Shown here: piece after piece, positions 1 to 10,055 of the stretch
How positions within the stretch are numbered: position 1 is the first letter of the stretch
How the letters are laid out: every line of letters begins with the position of its first letter
From: an uncultured Chloroflexia bacterium
Lineage (GTDB): Bacteria > Chloroflexota > Limnocylindria > Limnocylindrales > CSP1-4
Assembly (NCBI GenBank): GCA_963704325.1
Contig: OY969885.1
Span: forward strand, 1,868,293-1,932,292
Direction of reading: 5' to 3'
DNA length: 64,000 nt
Position numbers and translations under genes: made by a program
The notes under the pieces: model-generated
Seen by the model: the letters and a program-made list of their open reading frames with translations, nothing else
Databases searched by the model: none
What the model was told of the DNA's origin: nothing

Positions 1-547
1 CGCGCAGGTGGGCCTCCAGGCTGGCTTCGCCGAACTGCGGCTGGATGATGTCGACCGGGGTCAGAAGGAGAGCGTTCGTGCCGCCGCGAACGTCCGACGC
101 GGCTATGGCCACCACGGGCCGGCCCTCACCGGCAGCGAGCGCGGCATCCGCGCCGTCGAGCAGACCATCGAGCGCGCCAAGCGTGATCAGCGGCAGGTCG
201 GCGGGCAACAGGAGGATCGCCGAGGCACCGGCTGCGACGGCCGCGTCACGCGCCGCGCGCAGGGCCCCGTTGAGCCCTCCATCCAGCGGCTGGCCAACGA
301 TTCGCACCTGCGGCCGTGCGAGACGCACGAGCTGGGTGGTGCGTTCGTCTTCGGTTACCAGCCACGTGTCACGCACGGCCGGCCACGAGGCGAGCACGTC
401 CAGGGTGCGCGACAGCATGCCCAGCACGAGCGCCTCGCGCTCCTCGGCGTCGAGCGCCTCGCCCAGCCGGCTCTTGCCTGATCCGCTCCCGCGCAGTGGC
501 ACGATTACGTGCAATGACGCCAGGTCGGCTGCTGCGCTGTCGGTCAC
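1..547 (-). CDS. cofC: 2-phospho-L-lactate/PEP guanylyltransferase (F420 biosynthesis), truncated by window edge
   Basis: Not in the ORF track. Manual translation from GTG 547 (GTGA overlap with cofD stop) gives MTDSAAADLASLHVIVPLRGSGSGKSRLGEALDAEEREALVLGML...GGTNALLL...PQFGEASLEAH, with the CofC motifs KSRL, GGTNAL and FGxxS. Confidence 0.9.
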   Translation of the reverse strand, partial: MTDSAAADLASLHVIVPLRGSGSGKSRLGEALDAEEREALVLGMLSRTLDVLASWPAVRDTWLVTEDERTTQLVRLARPQVRIVGQPLDGGLNGALRAARDAAVAAGASAILLLPADLPLITLGALDGLLDGADAALAAGEGRPVVAIAASDVRGGTNALLLTPVDIIQPQFGEASLEAHLR

Positions 548-1509
548 CCGTTGGATGGTAGCCGCGGGCCGGCGTCGAGCAGCGTCTGGGCCAGCGCGCG
601 CCGATCAGCGGCGGCCGCGATGACGGTGCGCGTTACTAGCGGCTCGATGCCCGCCTCGCGGATCGCGCCGGCATCTCCGGCGTCAGACTCGTCCACGGCC
701 ATCGCGTCCACAAGGCCGGGATAGCTGGCCGCGTAATGCTCGGCAACGGCGGCCGAGGTGGCGGGCCGGCCGGCGAGCGTCTGCAGCATGGCCGCTGCCG
801 GCCCGCGCAGCGCGACGCCGCCCACGATCGGGCTGACGGCCACGACCGGCGCGTTGCTTGACCGGAGCGCATCGGCAAGTCCGGCCAGGCCCAGGATGGG
901 TGCCACGCTGACGAATGGGTTGGAAGGCGCGATGACGACCAGGTCCGCGCCGTCGATGGCGGCCAAAACCTCGGGCGTTGGCCGGGCCCCGGCGATGCCG
1001 TCGAAGCGCAGCTCGAGCACGGGATCGGCGTGCCGGCGGCGCACGAAGTAGTCCTGGAAGTCGAGCCAGCCGTCCGCTGTGCGCACCTTGGTACGGACCG
1101 ATTGATCGGACATCGGCAGGAGCGTGGCCTGAACCCCGAGTGATTTCACCAGGTGGGCGGTGACCTGGGTCAGTGATTCGCCGGCCGCGAGACGAGCGCT
1201 GCGCGTGATGTGCGTGGCCAGGTCGCGATCGCCCAGGCCGAACCAGGTCGGCTGCCCGTATCCGCCGAGCATCTCAGCGGCAGACCATGTCTCGTCCGTC
1301 ACGCCCCAGCCCGTCGCGTCATTGGCCACGCCGGCCAGCGTGTACATCACCGTGTCCAGGTCGGGCGAGATGCGCAGGCCGTGCATTTCCAGGTCGTCGC
1401 CGGTGTTGCCGATAACGGTCAGCCCGACCTCCAGTTGAGCGAAGCCGTGCGCCATGCGCGCACCGCCGAATCCGCCGGCGAGGACAGTTACGCGGGTCGG
1501 TTCTGACAC
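544..1509 (-). CDS. cofD: 2-phospho-L-lactate transferase
   Basis: VTVLAGGFGGAR, NTGDD, ISPDLDTVMYTLAG, WFGLGDRDLATH, APSNPFVS motifs; start trimmed to GTG 1509. Confidence 0.95.
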   Translation of the reverse strand: MSEPTRVTVLAGGFGGARMAHGFAQLEVGLTVIGNTGDDLEMHGLRISPDLDTVMYTLAGVANDATGWGVTDETWSAAEMLGGYGQPTWFGLGDRDLATHITRSARLAAGESLTQVTAHLVKSLGVQATLLPMSDQSVRTKVRTADGWLDFQDYFVRRRHADPVLELRFDGIAGARPTPEVLAAIDGADLVVIAPSNPFVSVAPILGLAGLADALRSSNAPVVAVSPIVGGVALRGPAAAMLQTLAGRPATSAAVAEHYAASYPGLVDAMAVDESDAGDAGAIREAGIEPLVTRTVIAAAADRRALAQTLLDAGPRLPSNG

Positions 1510-1567
1510 GCCCAGAGTGTGTGCTATAAGGGCCCCGCCCGTACTGATCGACCGAATGGAGGGGAAT

Positions 1568-2122
1568 GTGGTCAAGCTGAGTGTGGCGCCCGGCGCGTTG
1601 CTAATCGCCGCAACCTTGTTGCTGGGAGCGTGCGTCAGCCTTGACGTGCCGCCCGCGAACTCAGCGGCACCTACCGCCGCGGCGACGGCTCCGACCGCCG
1701 CTTCCCCGACCGGCGCCCAGGCGACGCCGGCTGGTGAGCAACCGGCCGGAAACCTGTGCCACATCGTGACGGTGGACGAGGTTTCAGCTGTCGCAGGGCT
1801 GCCGGCCAGGTACGGCGAGGACTACGACCTCGAGGACCTGTGCCGGTGGGATGTCGGTGGACCGACTGACCTGGGCCTGCCCTTCGGCACCGTTGAGCTG
1901 CGGCGCGACTTCAGCAACGCCCTCGACGACGCACGCGAGCTCTTTCCCGATGGCGAAGAGGTCGCGGTCGGCGAGGAGGGCTACTGGGTGCCCCTGGTGT
2001 ACACGCTCACGTTCCGCCAGAACGGAGAGATCTACACCGTGCAGATCGGCGTCTACGACAGCTCGGTCGACCCGCGCGCCCTGGCAATCGGGGTGGCCAC
2101 TGCCGCGGCTGCGCGGCTCTGA
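1568..2122 (+). CDS. Putative lipoprotein (DUF3558-like)
   Basis: GGAGGG before GTG 1568, lipobox LLGAC, Ala/Pro/Thr linker, C-terminal domain with two Cys. Confidence 0.65.
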   Translation: MVKLSVAPGALLIAATLLLGACVSLDVPPANSAAPTAAATAPTAASPTGAQATPAGEQPAGNLCHIVTVDEVSAVAGLPARYGEDYDLEDLCRWDVGGPTDLGLPFGTVELRRDFSNALDDARELFPDGEEVAVGEEGYWVPLVYTLTFRQNGEIYTVQIGVYDSSVDPRALAIGVATAAAARL

Positions 2123-3051
2123 AGCTCGACCTCGTCACGGGCGCGTTCGGCTTCACCGGTAGCCGCGTCGCAGCGCGGCTGCTCGCCGCAGGGCGCGAGG
2201 TGCGAACGCTCACCCGCCGCGCACCCGGAGGACACCCGCTCGAGCCGCGTGTCAGCCGCCATCCATACGACTTCCAGCCAGGCCCGCTCGGGGCAGCTAT
2301 GGCCGGCGTCGACACGGTCTATCTGACGTACTGGATGCGCTACCCGCGCGGTGACGTGACCTGGGCGCACATGATCGACAACGTCGCGCGAATGGCGGTC
2401 GCGGCCTCGGCAGCTGGCGTCCGCCGCTTCGTCTACTTCAGCGTAACCAATGCTCGACACGACTCGTCCACGGCGTACTTCCGCGCCAAGGCGGCGGCCG
2501 AAGAAGCGGTCCTGGGCGCCGCTGGGGGCGGGTCCATGTCGGCCGCGATCATCCGGCCGACGCTCCTCTATGGCCCAGGCGACATCCTGATCAACAACAT
2601 GGCCTGGACGCTGCGCCGATTGCCCATTTTCGGCATCCCCGGCGACGGGCGGTACCGCGTCCAGCCGGTCCACGTCGACGACGTCGCGGACCTGGCCATC
2701 ACTTTGGGCAACAGCGACGCCGTCGCCGATGTGGATGCCGCCGGGCCGGACATCCTGACCTTCAACGAGCTGGTGGGCTCTGTTCGCGCTGCGGTCCGCA
2801 GTCGGGCGATCGTCACCCACATGCCAACGGCTCTCGTCCTTGCCGCGACGCGACTACTGGGCACCTTCGTTCGCGACGAGATCCTCACCGGCGACGAGAT
2901 CCGCGAGCTATCGGAGAGCTTGCTCGTTGCGCGCGACGAAACTGCCGCGTGCCCGACCCGCTTCACGGATTGGATCGCCATCAACGGCGCGTCACTTGGC
3001 CGGACGTACTCGTCGGAGATGGCGCGCAACTTCAGACTCGGTGTGAGGTGA
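2119..3051 (+). CDS. NAD(P)-binding epimerase/dehydratase (atypical SDR, NDUFA9-like)
   Basis: The Rossmann motif LVTGAFGFTG lies upstream of the track start 2200, so the start is placed at CTG 2119 (CTGA overlap). YFRAK and IRPTLLYG motifs. Confidence 0.8.
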   Translation: MKLDLVTGAFGFTGSRVAARLLAAGREVRTLTRRAPGGHPLEPRVSRHPYDFQPGPLGAAMAGVDTVYLTYWMRYPRGDVTWAHMIDNVARMAVAASAAGVRRFVYFSVTNARHDSSTAYFRAKAAAEEAVLGAAGGGSMSAAIIRPTLLYGPGDILINNMAWTLRRLPIFGIPGDGRYRVQPVHVDDVADLAITLGNSDAVADVDAAGPDILTFNELVGSVRAAVRSRAIVTHMPTALVLAATRLLGTFVRDEILTGDEIRELSESLLVARDETAACPTRFTDWIAINGASLGRTYSSEMARNFRLGVR

Positions 3052-3095
3052 GCCCGGCGACGCGATCACCGCGAAAAAGGCCCTGAGGCGCGCCC

Positions 3096-4085
3096 TCAGC
3101 GCGTGATCTTGGGCAGCACCTCGCGCCCGAACGCCTCAATCCACTCGCGCTGGTTGCGGCCAACGTTGTGCAGGTAGATGCGGTCGAAGCCCATGTCGGC
3201 GAATTTCTGGATTTCGCGCCGATGCGCCTCCAGGTCGGACGAGATGAGCATCCGGCCCTCGAAGTCCTCGGGCCGCACGAGCTTGGCCATCTGCTCGAGC
3301 TCGAACGGTGAGCGGATGTCCTGCTTGGGGAATTTCATGCCGCCGTTTGGCCATTCGGTCATCGCGTTGGTCAGCGCCTCGTCGTCCGTCTCGGCCCACG
3401 AGAGGTGGAGCTGGAGGATGAACTTGAACGTGTCCGGATCGAGACCCGCTTCCTGCCGTCCGGCACGCGCGCGCTCGCGGACCATCTCGATCTTGCCCTC
3501 GGGTGCGCCGACGGTGATGATCCCGTCTGCGGCCTGGCCGGTGCGCCGCGCCGTGATCGGACCAGCCGTCGCGACGTAGATGTCCGGTGGAGTCTCCGGC
3601 GCGGTCCACAGGCGCACCGTCTCCATCTTGAAGAAGCGGCCGTCGTGCTTGACGTCCTTGCCCTCGAACAACCGGTTGAACAGCTCGATTGCCTCGAACA
3701 TGCGATTGATCCGCTCGGGCGCCTCCGGCCAGTACTGGGCCACGACGTGCTCGTTCAAGGCTTCGCCGCTGCCCAGACCAAGCCAGAAGCGACCGGGGTA
3801 CATGGCCGCCAACGTTGCCGCTGCCTGGGCGATCACGACGGGGTGGGTACGGAACGAAGGGCAGGTGACGCCGGGTCCGACGTCGCCCTTGGTGCGCTCG
3901 GCCACGGCGGCCATGAACGCCCACACGAAGGCCGACTGGCCCTGCTGCGGAACCCATGGCTGGAGGTGGTCGGCGGCCATGACGCCGCTGAACCCGTGCT
4001 CCTCGGCCAGGACGCAGTAGTCGATCAGCTCTGTCGGGTGGAACTGCTCGAGCATCGCCGCGTAGCCGATCTGCAGCGCGGCCAT
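3096..4085 (-). CDS. F420-dependent LLM-class oxidoreductase (TIGR03557/Fgd-like)
   Basis: EQFHP, DHLQPW, GVTCP, GLGSGEALNEH motifs. Confidence 0.9.
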   Translation of the reverse strand: MAALQIGYAAMLEQFHPTELIDYCVLAEEHGFSGVMAADHLQPWVPQQGQSAFVWAFMAAVAERTKGDVGPGVTCPSFRTHPVVIAQAAATLAAMYPGRFWLGLGSGEALNEHVVAQYWPEAPERINRMFEAIELFNRLFEGKDVKHDGRFFKMETVRLWTAPETPPDIYVATAGPITARRTGQAADGIITVGAPEGKIEMVRERARAGRQEAGLDPDTFKFILQLHLSWAETDDEALTNAMTEWPNGGMKFPKQDIRSPFELEQMAKLVRPEDFEGRMLISSDLEAHRREIQKFADMGFDRIYLHNVGRNQREWIEAFGREVLPKITR

Positions 4086-4513
4086 CAGCGCGGATCTCCG
4101 TGGATGTGAATGTCGGTGGTTCGGAGCACGAACGAGACGCGGCGCTGGGTGCTGAAGCGGCTGATTGCCTGCTCGGCTCCGTCCGGCTGGTAGAAGCGCC
4201 AGGCCATCTCGGCAATGTCCGCCTGGGCGCGCTCACCCTCGTAGCTGTCGGTGACCGTGACGTCCAGCGTCACGGCGTCGTCGCCCTCGTAGACGCACAG
4301 GTTGGCTCGTCCTTCGCGGCGCAGGTTGGACGGCCAGCGCCGGCCGTGGAGCGAGTTGATGACGATCTCGTCGCCGCGCAACAGGAACCAGATCACGATC
4401 TGGTGCGGGCTCCCGTCGGGGTTGACGGTCGCGATCGTCGTGTGGCGCACCTCGTCAGCCAGGAAAGAGCGGACGTTGGGCGCAAGGACCGGGGCTTCGG
4501 CATCGATTGTCAC
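4085..4513 (-). CDS. PPOX-class (split-barrel) probable F420-dependent protein
   Basis: IATVNPDGSPH...WF...NLRR pattern; 1-bp overlap with the LLM gene. Confidence 0.8.
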   Translation of the reverse strand: MTIDAEAPVLAPNVRSFLADEVRHTTIATVNPDGSPHQIVIWFLLRGDEIVINSLHGRRWPSNLRREGRANLCVYEGDDAVTLDVTVTDSYEGERAQADIAEMAWRFYQPDGAEQAISRFSTQRRVSFVLRTTDIHIHGDPR

Positions 4514-4535
4514 GGTGCGATGTTAGACGGCCGCC

Positions 4536-5186
4536 TCAGCGCAGTCGTTCGCCGGCCTCGATGCGCAGTGAGAGCCGGCTCTGGGCTGGCGCAAGTGGGC
4601 AGCTCCAGGCGGGGTCGTATGCACATGACGGGTGAAACGCGAGGTTGAAGTCGAGCACCATCTCGCCACTGGTGGGGTCGCTGCCCAGGTCGGCGCCCTT
4701 GACCGTGTCGAGCAGATAGCGCCCCGCGCCGTAGGTCTCGCTGCCGGATGTTGCGTCGCGCAGCGGGACGAAGATGCCGCCCGCATAGCCCTCCATCCAG
4801 TACACGGGCAGCACGGCGCCATCGAGCGGCCCGCCCAGGCGTACCCGGCCAACGACGCGGAACGCGAATTGCTCGGCGCCGCTCGAGGGCAGCTGGAGCC
4901 AGCCTGCGCCGACGTCTTCTGCATCGTCCCTGTCGGTCACCGGCTCGACCACGGCGCGCAGCCGGTAGTCGGGGTCGTAATCAAAATAGGAGAGCCCGCC
5001 GAAGCGGGCTCTTTCAGGTGCGCGGATTGGCGACTGAGGGTGCGACCGGAACAGCTCGTCCCGGTCGGCCCTCCATTGGAGCGTCGCCTGCTCCGGATCC
5101 GTGTCCGAGTCGCGCCGCCAGCGGGCGTACATCTCGGCGACTCGACGTCGCCAATCGGCCAGCTGGAGCGCCTCGGACGCGTCCAT
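4536..5186 (-). CDS. DUF1684 family protein
   Basis: HPQSP, RDATSGSETYGAGRYL, LDFNLAFHPSCAY...CP motifs. Confidence 0.9.
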   Translation of the reverse strand: MDASEALQLADWRRRVAEMYARWRRDSDTDPEQATLQWRADRDELFRSHPQSPIRAPERARFGGLSYFDYDPDYRLRAVVEPVTDRDDAEDVGAGWLQLPSSGAEQFAFRVVGRVRLGGPLDGAVLPVYWMEGYAGGIFVPLRDATSGSETYGAGRYLLDTVKGADLGSDPTSGEMVLDFNLAFHPSCAYDPAWSCPLAPAQSRLSLRIEAGERLR

Positions 5187-5199
5187 GGACCTCAGCCGG

Positions 5200-6144
5200 C
5201 TACTGCGCCGGGACGAGGTTGTTGGTCTGCAGGAACTCACGCGCAACGTCAGCCACGTCGCGCCGGTCGACGGAAACCTGCTTGTACAGGTTGGCCATCG
5301 TGACCGTGTCGATCTTGGCTGAGATGTCGTTCAGGATCTTCTCGAACGCCGTGCGGTCGCTGACGCGGGTCAGCAGGTCGTTGCGCACGATCGGCGCAAC
5401 GTTGTCCGCGGGTTGCGTCAAGAGGTCGTCCTCGAGCGTGACCCAGCCATTGACCAGGATGTCCGGCTGCGTCGAGCACAACTCGGCAACGTCGATCGTG
5501 CCCGCCCGCAGCGCATCCGCCATTGGCGTGGTGCACGCGCCGAGGAGCGTTGAGGCCGCGATCGTGGCCTGGGTGATGCCGTACTGCTCCAGCGCGCCAC
5601 CGGGCGCACCGCACAGCGCGTTGGTCGGACAGTCCGCGGCCAGGCCCCAGTTGAGCTGGTCCTGGACGGCCGCCGTGTCGCCCAGCGTGGTCAGGCCGAA
5701 CTGGTCGGCCGTCTCCTGGCGCACGACAAAGGCGTTGGTGTCCACGCCCGGCGTGAAGTTCAGCACGGTCAGGTTCTTGCCTGCGAGCGCCTGCTGGAGT
5801 GCGCTCAGGTTGGCTGCCGAGTCGCCAGTAGGGCCGGTCGAACCGGTGTAGCCGCTGGTGATCTCGTAGCCCAGCCTGCTGCCGATGTACTCCGGCTGGA
5901 GATCGATCTGGCCGCTCTCGATGGCCGGCGCCAGGACGGGCCTGTCGCCCAGGCCGATGCCCGCACGATCGACGGTATAGCCGTTCGCCTCCAACGCCTG
6001 GGCATACGCCTCGGCGATGACACGGGCCTCGTCAAATCCTACGGAGCCGACCTTGACTGTCGTGTTGCCGCCCCCACCCAGGCTGCACGCGCTCACAAGC
6101 ACGGCCAGCACTGCCCCGAGGGCCAGCACGCGGTTTAGCCGCAT
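5200..6144 (-). CDS. Osmoprotectant (OpuAC/OsmF-like) ABC substrate-binding lipoprotein
   Basis: Lipobox VSAC, VGSVGFDE, IDLQPEYIGS; GAGGAGG ribosome-binding site upstream. Confidence 0.9.
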   Translation of the reverse strand: MRLNRVLALGAVLAVLVSACSLGGGGNTTVKVGSVGFDEARVIAEAYAQALEANGYTVDRAGIGLGDRPVLAPAIESGQIDLQPEYIGSRLGYEITSGYTGSTGPTGDSAANLSALQQALAGKNLTVLNFTPGVDTNAFVVRQETADQFGLTTLGDTAAVQDQLNWGLAADCPTNALCGAPGGALEQYGITQATIAASTLLGACTTPMADALRAGTIDVAELCSTQPDILVNGWVTLEDDLLTQPADNVAPIVRNDLLTRVSDRTAFEKILNDISAKIDTVTMANLYKQVSVDRRDVADVAREFLQTNNLVPAQ

Positions 6145-6205
6145 TTGGGTAACCTCCTCATGTGCTTTATCCGGTTAGTCCAGATGTATTCGGACTATAC
6201 CGTCC

Positions 6206-6916
6206 TTACGCACCTGACGCCGTTACGGATGCATGTAGACGGAGGGCACGTGGCGTCATCAGACGCTGCACGACGGCGAAACCGAGCTCGGTCACCATCA
6301 CCAGGCCGGCCACCAGCGCGACTCCGCCGAAGATCTGTCCGGTGTCGTTCTGGGCAATGCCGTCAACCAGGTAGCGGCCGAGCCCGCCGAACCCGAAGAT
6401 GGCCCCAAGCGTGGCCGTGGCCAGAATCTGCACGGCGGCCGAGCGGATGCCGGTGACGACGACAGGCACTGCGAGAGGCAGCTCCACGCCGGTCAGGATC
6501 TGCCGGCCGGCAACGCCCTGGCCGCGCGCCGCCTCGACGATGTCTGGCTGGACCTGGCTGATCCCGGTGTAGGTGTTGACCAGGATGGGCGGCACGCCCA
6601 GCACGACCATGGCCACCACCGTGGGGTAGACCCGGAAGCCGGCTTGCGGGTCGATCGCGGCGGTGATGGGCAGGACGATGGCGATCACCGCCAGCGAGGG
6701 CAGTGCCCGGCCCAGGTTCGCGACGTTGACCGCGATCGAGGCACCACGCTTGGTGTGGCCGATGTACAGCCCGACGGGCATCGCGATGGCGAGCGCGATG
6801 ACGAGCGACACGGCCGAGATGGAGACGTGCTCGAAGAGCCTGATTGCGATCCCGTTCGGTCCGCTCCAGTGGGTGGCATCGGTGAGCCACGCGATCGTCT
6901 CGCTGACGAGGTTCAT
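6206..6916 (-). CDS. Osmoprotectant ABC permease
   Basis: RALPSLA, EAARGQG...VELPLA EAA loop, GGLG. Confidence 0.9.
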   Translation of the reverse strand: MNLVSETIAWLTDATHWSGPNGIAIRLFEHVSISAVSLVIALAIAMPVGLYIGHTKRGASIAVNVANLGRALPSLAVIAIVLPITAAIDPQAGFRVYPTVVAMVVLGVPPILVNTYTGISQVQPDIVEAARGQGVAGRQILTGVELPLAVPVVVTGIRSAAVQILATATLGAIFGFGGLGRYLVDGIAQNDTGQIFGGVALVAGLVMVTELGFAVVQRLMTPRALRLHASVTASGA

Positions 6917-7593
6917 GTCGCGCCGCGCAGGTTCGGCGCCGTATCAACGGCTGACGCCCATGGCGTCAGCCGGCGCTGGACGCGCAGCAGCAGCGCGTCG
7001 ACGGTGATGGCCAGCGCGATCGAGGGTATGGCGCCGAAGTAGAGCTCGGCCGGGAAGCTGCGCCGATAGCCCTCCAGGATGAAGAAGCCGAGCCCTCCGA
7101 ACGAGTCGCCCAGGATGGAGGTGACGGTGACCAGGCCGATCGTTGACACGGACGCGAGGCGCAGCCCGGCGACGATCAGCGGCAGCGCGAGTGGCACCTC
7201 CACACGCCACAGCCGCTGGGTGGAGCTGTAGCCCAGTCCGTTCGATGCCTCGATCACGTCGGTCGGCACGGAATCCAGTCCGGCGGCGATGTTGCGCACG
7301 AAGATGACCAGCGTGTACATCACGAGCGGAATCTCCACGGTCAGCAGCGAGATGCCGGTGACCGAGATGAGCGCCGCGAACAGGGCCAGGCTGGGGATTG
7401 TGTACAGCACGTCCGAGACGGCCAGGATGGGTGCATACGCGATCCGGCGGCGCACCGCGACGATGGCCAGCGCGAACGAGATGACGAAGCCCACGCCCAC
7501 CGCGATGCTCGCCAGGAGCAGGTGCTGGAACGTTCGGTAGGCGAGCTCGTCGAGGTGATCGACGATCCAGAGCAGGTCGGCCGACAGCTCCAT
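6913..7593 (-). CDS. Osmoprotectant ABC permease
   Basis: YTIPSLALF, EASNGLG...VEVPLA. Confidence 0.9.
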   Translation of the reverse strand: MELSADLLWIVDHLDELAYRTFQHLLLASIAVGVGFVISFALAIVAVRRRIAYAPILAVSDVLYTIPSLALFAALISVTGISLLTVEIPLVMYTLVIFVRNIAAGLDSVPTDVIEASNGLGYSSTQRLWRVEVPLALPLIVAGLRLASVSTIGLVTVTSILGDSFGGLGFFILEGYRRSFPAELYFGAIPSIALAITVDALLLRVQRRLTPWASAVDTAPNLRGAT

Positions 7594-8696
7594 CAGCGCA
7601 GCGCGGCGGCGATGTCGTCGAGTGTCACCAGGCCCAGGACGCGCTCGTCGCGGTCGACCACGATGCCCGCCATCACGTCCGCGTCAAGCAATTGCGACAG
7701 GGCATCCTTGAGCGTCGTGCGCCGGTCGAGGAGAGGGGAGGTGGGCTCGGCCATCTCGGCTGTCAGGGTGCCCTCCTCGGGCACGTTGGCGGCGCGCACC
7801 CAGCCAACCGGCCGGCCGCCGTCATCGACCAGGAGCAGATAGCCCAGGCTGTCCGAGCGGGCAAGCTCGCGCGCCGCTCCGGAGGGCTGGCCGATCGTCG
7901 CGCTCGGCGCAGGGCTGAGGCTGAGATCACCGACACGCCTCAGCGAGAGGCGCTTCAGCCCGCGATCGGCGCCCACGAAGCGTGCCACGAACTCGGACGC
8001 GGGATTGGCCAGGATCTCCTGGGGCGGCCCGAACTGCTCCACGTCGCCGGCACGCATGACCGCGATCAGGTCGCCCATCTTGATCGCCTCGTCGATGTCG
8101 TGGGTCACGAACAGGATCGTCTTGGCCAGCTCTTCCTGGAGCCGCAGCAGCTCGTTCTGGAGCCGCTCGCGGACGATCGGGTCGACCGCGCCGAAGGGCT
8201 CGTCCATGAGCATCAGCGGCGGATCGGCGGCGAGCGCGCGAGCCACGCCCACGCGCTGACGCTCGCCGCCTGAGAGCTGACTGGGGTACCGATCGCGATA
8301 GGTGGCCGGTGCGAGCCCGACCAGTGCCAGGAGCTCCTCGACCCGTGCGTCGATCCGCGGCCGATCCCAGCCCAGCAGGCGCGGGACGGTGGCCACGTTG
8401 GCGCCGATGGTCAGGTGCGGCAGCAGCCCCACCTGCTGGATCACGTAGCCGATCCCCCGGCGCAGCTCGATCGGGTCCTGGCTCATCACGTCCGTACCGC
8501 CGACCAGGATCTGGCCGCCCGTCGGCTCGATCAGCCGGTTGACCATCTTGAGACTGGTCGTCTTGCCGCAGCCGGATGGCCCGACGAAAACGCAGATCGC
8601 ACCGGCGGGCACGGTCAGGCTCAGCCCCTGAACCGCAGCGACCTCACCGTAGCTGCGCGACACGTTGCGGAATTCGACCTCGACCGCGTTGGCCAT
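7593..8696 (-). CDS. Osmoprotectant ABC ATP-binding protein with CBS domains
   Basis: GPSGCGKTT, LSGGERQR, LMDEPF, VTHD; C-terminal CBS pair. Confidence 0.92.
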   Translation of the reverse strand: MANAVEVEFRNVSRSYGEVAAVQGLSLTVPAGAICVFVGPSGCGKTTSLKMVNRLIEPTGGQILVGGTDVMSQDPIELRRGIGYVIQQVGLLPHLTIGANVATVPRLLGWDRPRIDARVEELLALVGLAPATYRDRYPSQLSGGERQRVGVARALAADPPLMLMDEPFGAVDPIVRERLQNELLRLQEELAKTILFVTHDIDEAIKMGDLIAVMRAGDVEQFGPPQEILANPASEFVARFVGADRGLKRLSLRRVGDLSLSPAPSATIGQPSGAARELARSDSLGYLLLVDDGGRPVGWVRAANVPEEGTLTAEMAEPTSPLLDRRTTLKDALSQLLDADVMAGIVVDRDERVLGLVTLDDIAAALR

Positions 8697-8721
8697 GGCG
8701 GCACCGTATACGCTTCGGACA

Positions 8722-9246
8722 ATGGAGGGCGAGAGCGCGATCATCGTCCCTGTCCAGGTCCCAGTCGCCGTGGCTCGACTGCGCGACCGGATGGATCCCT
8801 CTGCCGCCCAGGGCGTGCCCGCGCACGTGACCCTGCTCTATCCGTTCATGCCGCCGGCGAGCCTGACCGACGAGGTGCGCGCCACGATCGAGCGCATCAT
8901 CGCCGCGCAGCCCTCGTTTCCCTTGCAGCTCAGGAGCGTGGTGCGCTGGTCGAACGTCGTCCACCTTGCGCCGGAGCCGGCCGAGCCGTTCCGCAAGCTG
9001 ATCACCGAGCTGGCCGCCGCGTTCCCTGACTATCCGCCCTACGGCGGCGCGCACCCGGAGGTGATCCCGCACGTCACGATCGCCCAGGACGTGCCCGAGG
9101 ACTACTACGCCGCGGCCGAGCATGCGCTGCCGGCGATGCTTCCCATCCGCGACGTTGTCCGCGAGGCGTGGCTGATCGGCCACACTCCGGAGCAGCCGTG
9201 GCACACGCTCTGGCGGATGCCGCTCGGACCGGGCGAGCGCGGCTGA
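8722..9246 (+). CDS. 2H phosphoesterase (2'-5' RNA ligase family)
   Basis: Two HxT motifs: PAHVTLL and PHVTIA. Confidence 0.85.
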   Translation: MEGESAIIVPVQVPVAVARLRDRMDPSAAQGVPAHVTLLYPFMPPASLTDEVRATIERIIAAQPSFPLQLRSVVRWSNVVHLAPEPAEPFRKLITELAAAFPDYPPYGGAHPEVIPHVTIAQDVPEDYYAAAEHALPAMLPIRDVVREAWLIGHTPEQPWHTLWRMPLGPGERG

Positions 9247-9290
9247 CCGTCGCTGACCGCGGCCGCGCGGCCCGCGGCTAGACTGCCGCC

Positions 9291-10055
9291 ATGCCCCAGA
9301 TCCACCTTCGTGCCGAGCAGGGTGACTACGCCCCGCTCGTGCTGCTGCCCGGCGATCCAAACCGGGCCAAACTCGTCGCCGGCATGCTCGACGGCGGCGT
9401 TGACGGCGCTCGCCAGGTCAACGACAACCGGCTGATGCTCGGCTACACGGGCACCTACAACGGCGTCCCGGTCAGCGTCCAGACGAGCGGCATGGGCACG
9501 CCGTCCTTCTCAATCGTCATGGAAGAGCTGCTGATGCTGGGCGTGAAGCGCTTCATCCGCATCGGTACATGCGGCGGCGTCGAGCAGGGCCTGCGCACCG
9601 GGGATGTGGTCGTTGCCACCGCGGCGGTCCCGTCCGACGGCGCCACACGGACGTACCTGCGTGGCGATCCATTCGCACCGGCGGCCGACTTCGAGCTCAC
9701 CCGGGCGCTCGTCGACACGGCTCGCTCGCGCGGCGTCGAGCCGCATGTCGGCGTCGTGCAATCCGTCGACGTTTTCTACAACAGCGAACCGGACTATGCC
9801 GCCAAGATGCGCAGCCGGAACGTGGTCGCGGTGGAGATGGAAGCTGCGGCCCTCTTCTACCTGGCCATGCGCGAGCGTGGCCGAGGTGAAGACGTACGTG
9901 GCGCGTGCATCCTGACCGTGGGCGACACGCTGGTGAAGGACGACCAGTCTTTCGGCGCCGACTTCCTGTCGCCGGAGGAGATGGAGCGCGCCGTGCAGGC
10001 GATGATCGAGATCGCGCTCGAAGCCGGCACGGCGGAGTTCCGAACCGGGTCGTGA
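9291..10055 (+). CDS. deoD: Purine nucleoside phosphorylase (DeoD type)
   Basis: LLPGDPNRA, SGMGTPS, IRIGTCG, VEMEAAALF. Confidence 0.85.
   Translation: MPQIHLRAEQGDYAPLVLLPGDPNRAKLVAGMLDGGVDGARQVNDNRLMLGYTGTYNGVPVSVQTSGMGTPSFSIVMEELLMLGVKRFIRIGTCGGVEQGLRTGDVVVATAAVPSDGATRTYLRGDPFAPAADFELTRALVDTARSRGVEPHVGVVQSVDVFYNSEPDYAAKMRSRNVVAVEMEAAALFYLAMRERGRGEDVRGACILTVGDTLVKDDQSFGADFLSPEEMERAVQAMIEIALEAGTAEFRTGS

Noticed and set aside
1510-1764. N-terminal extension of cofD in the ORF track
   Set aside because: It overlaps the divergent lipoprotein gene; CofD similarity begins near 1509.
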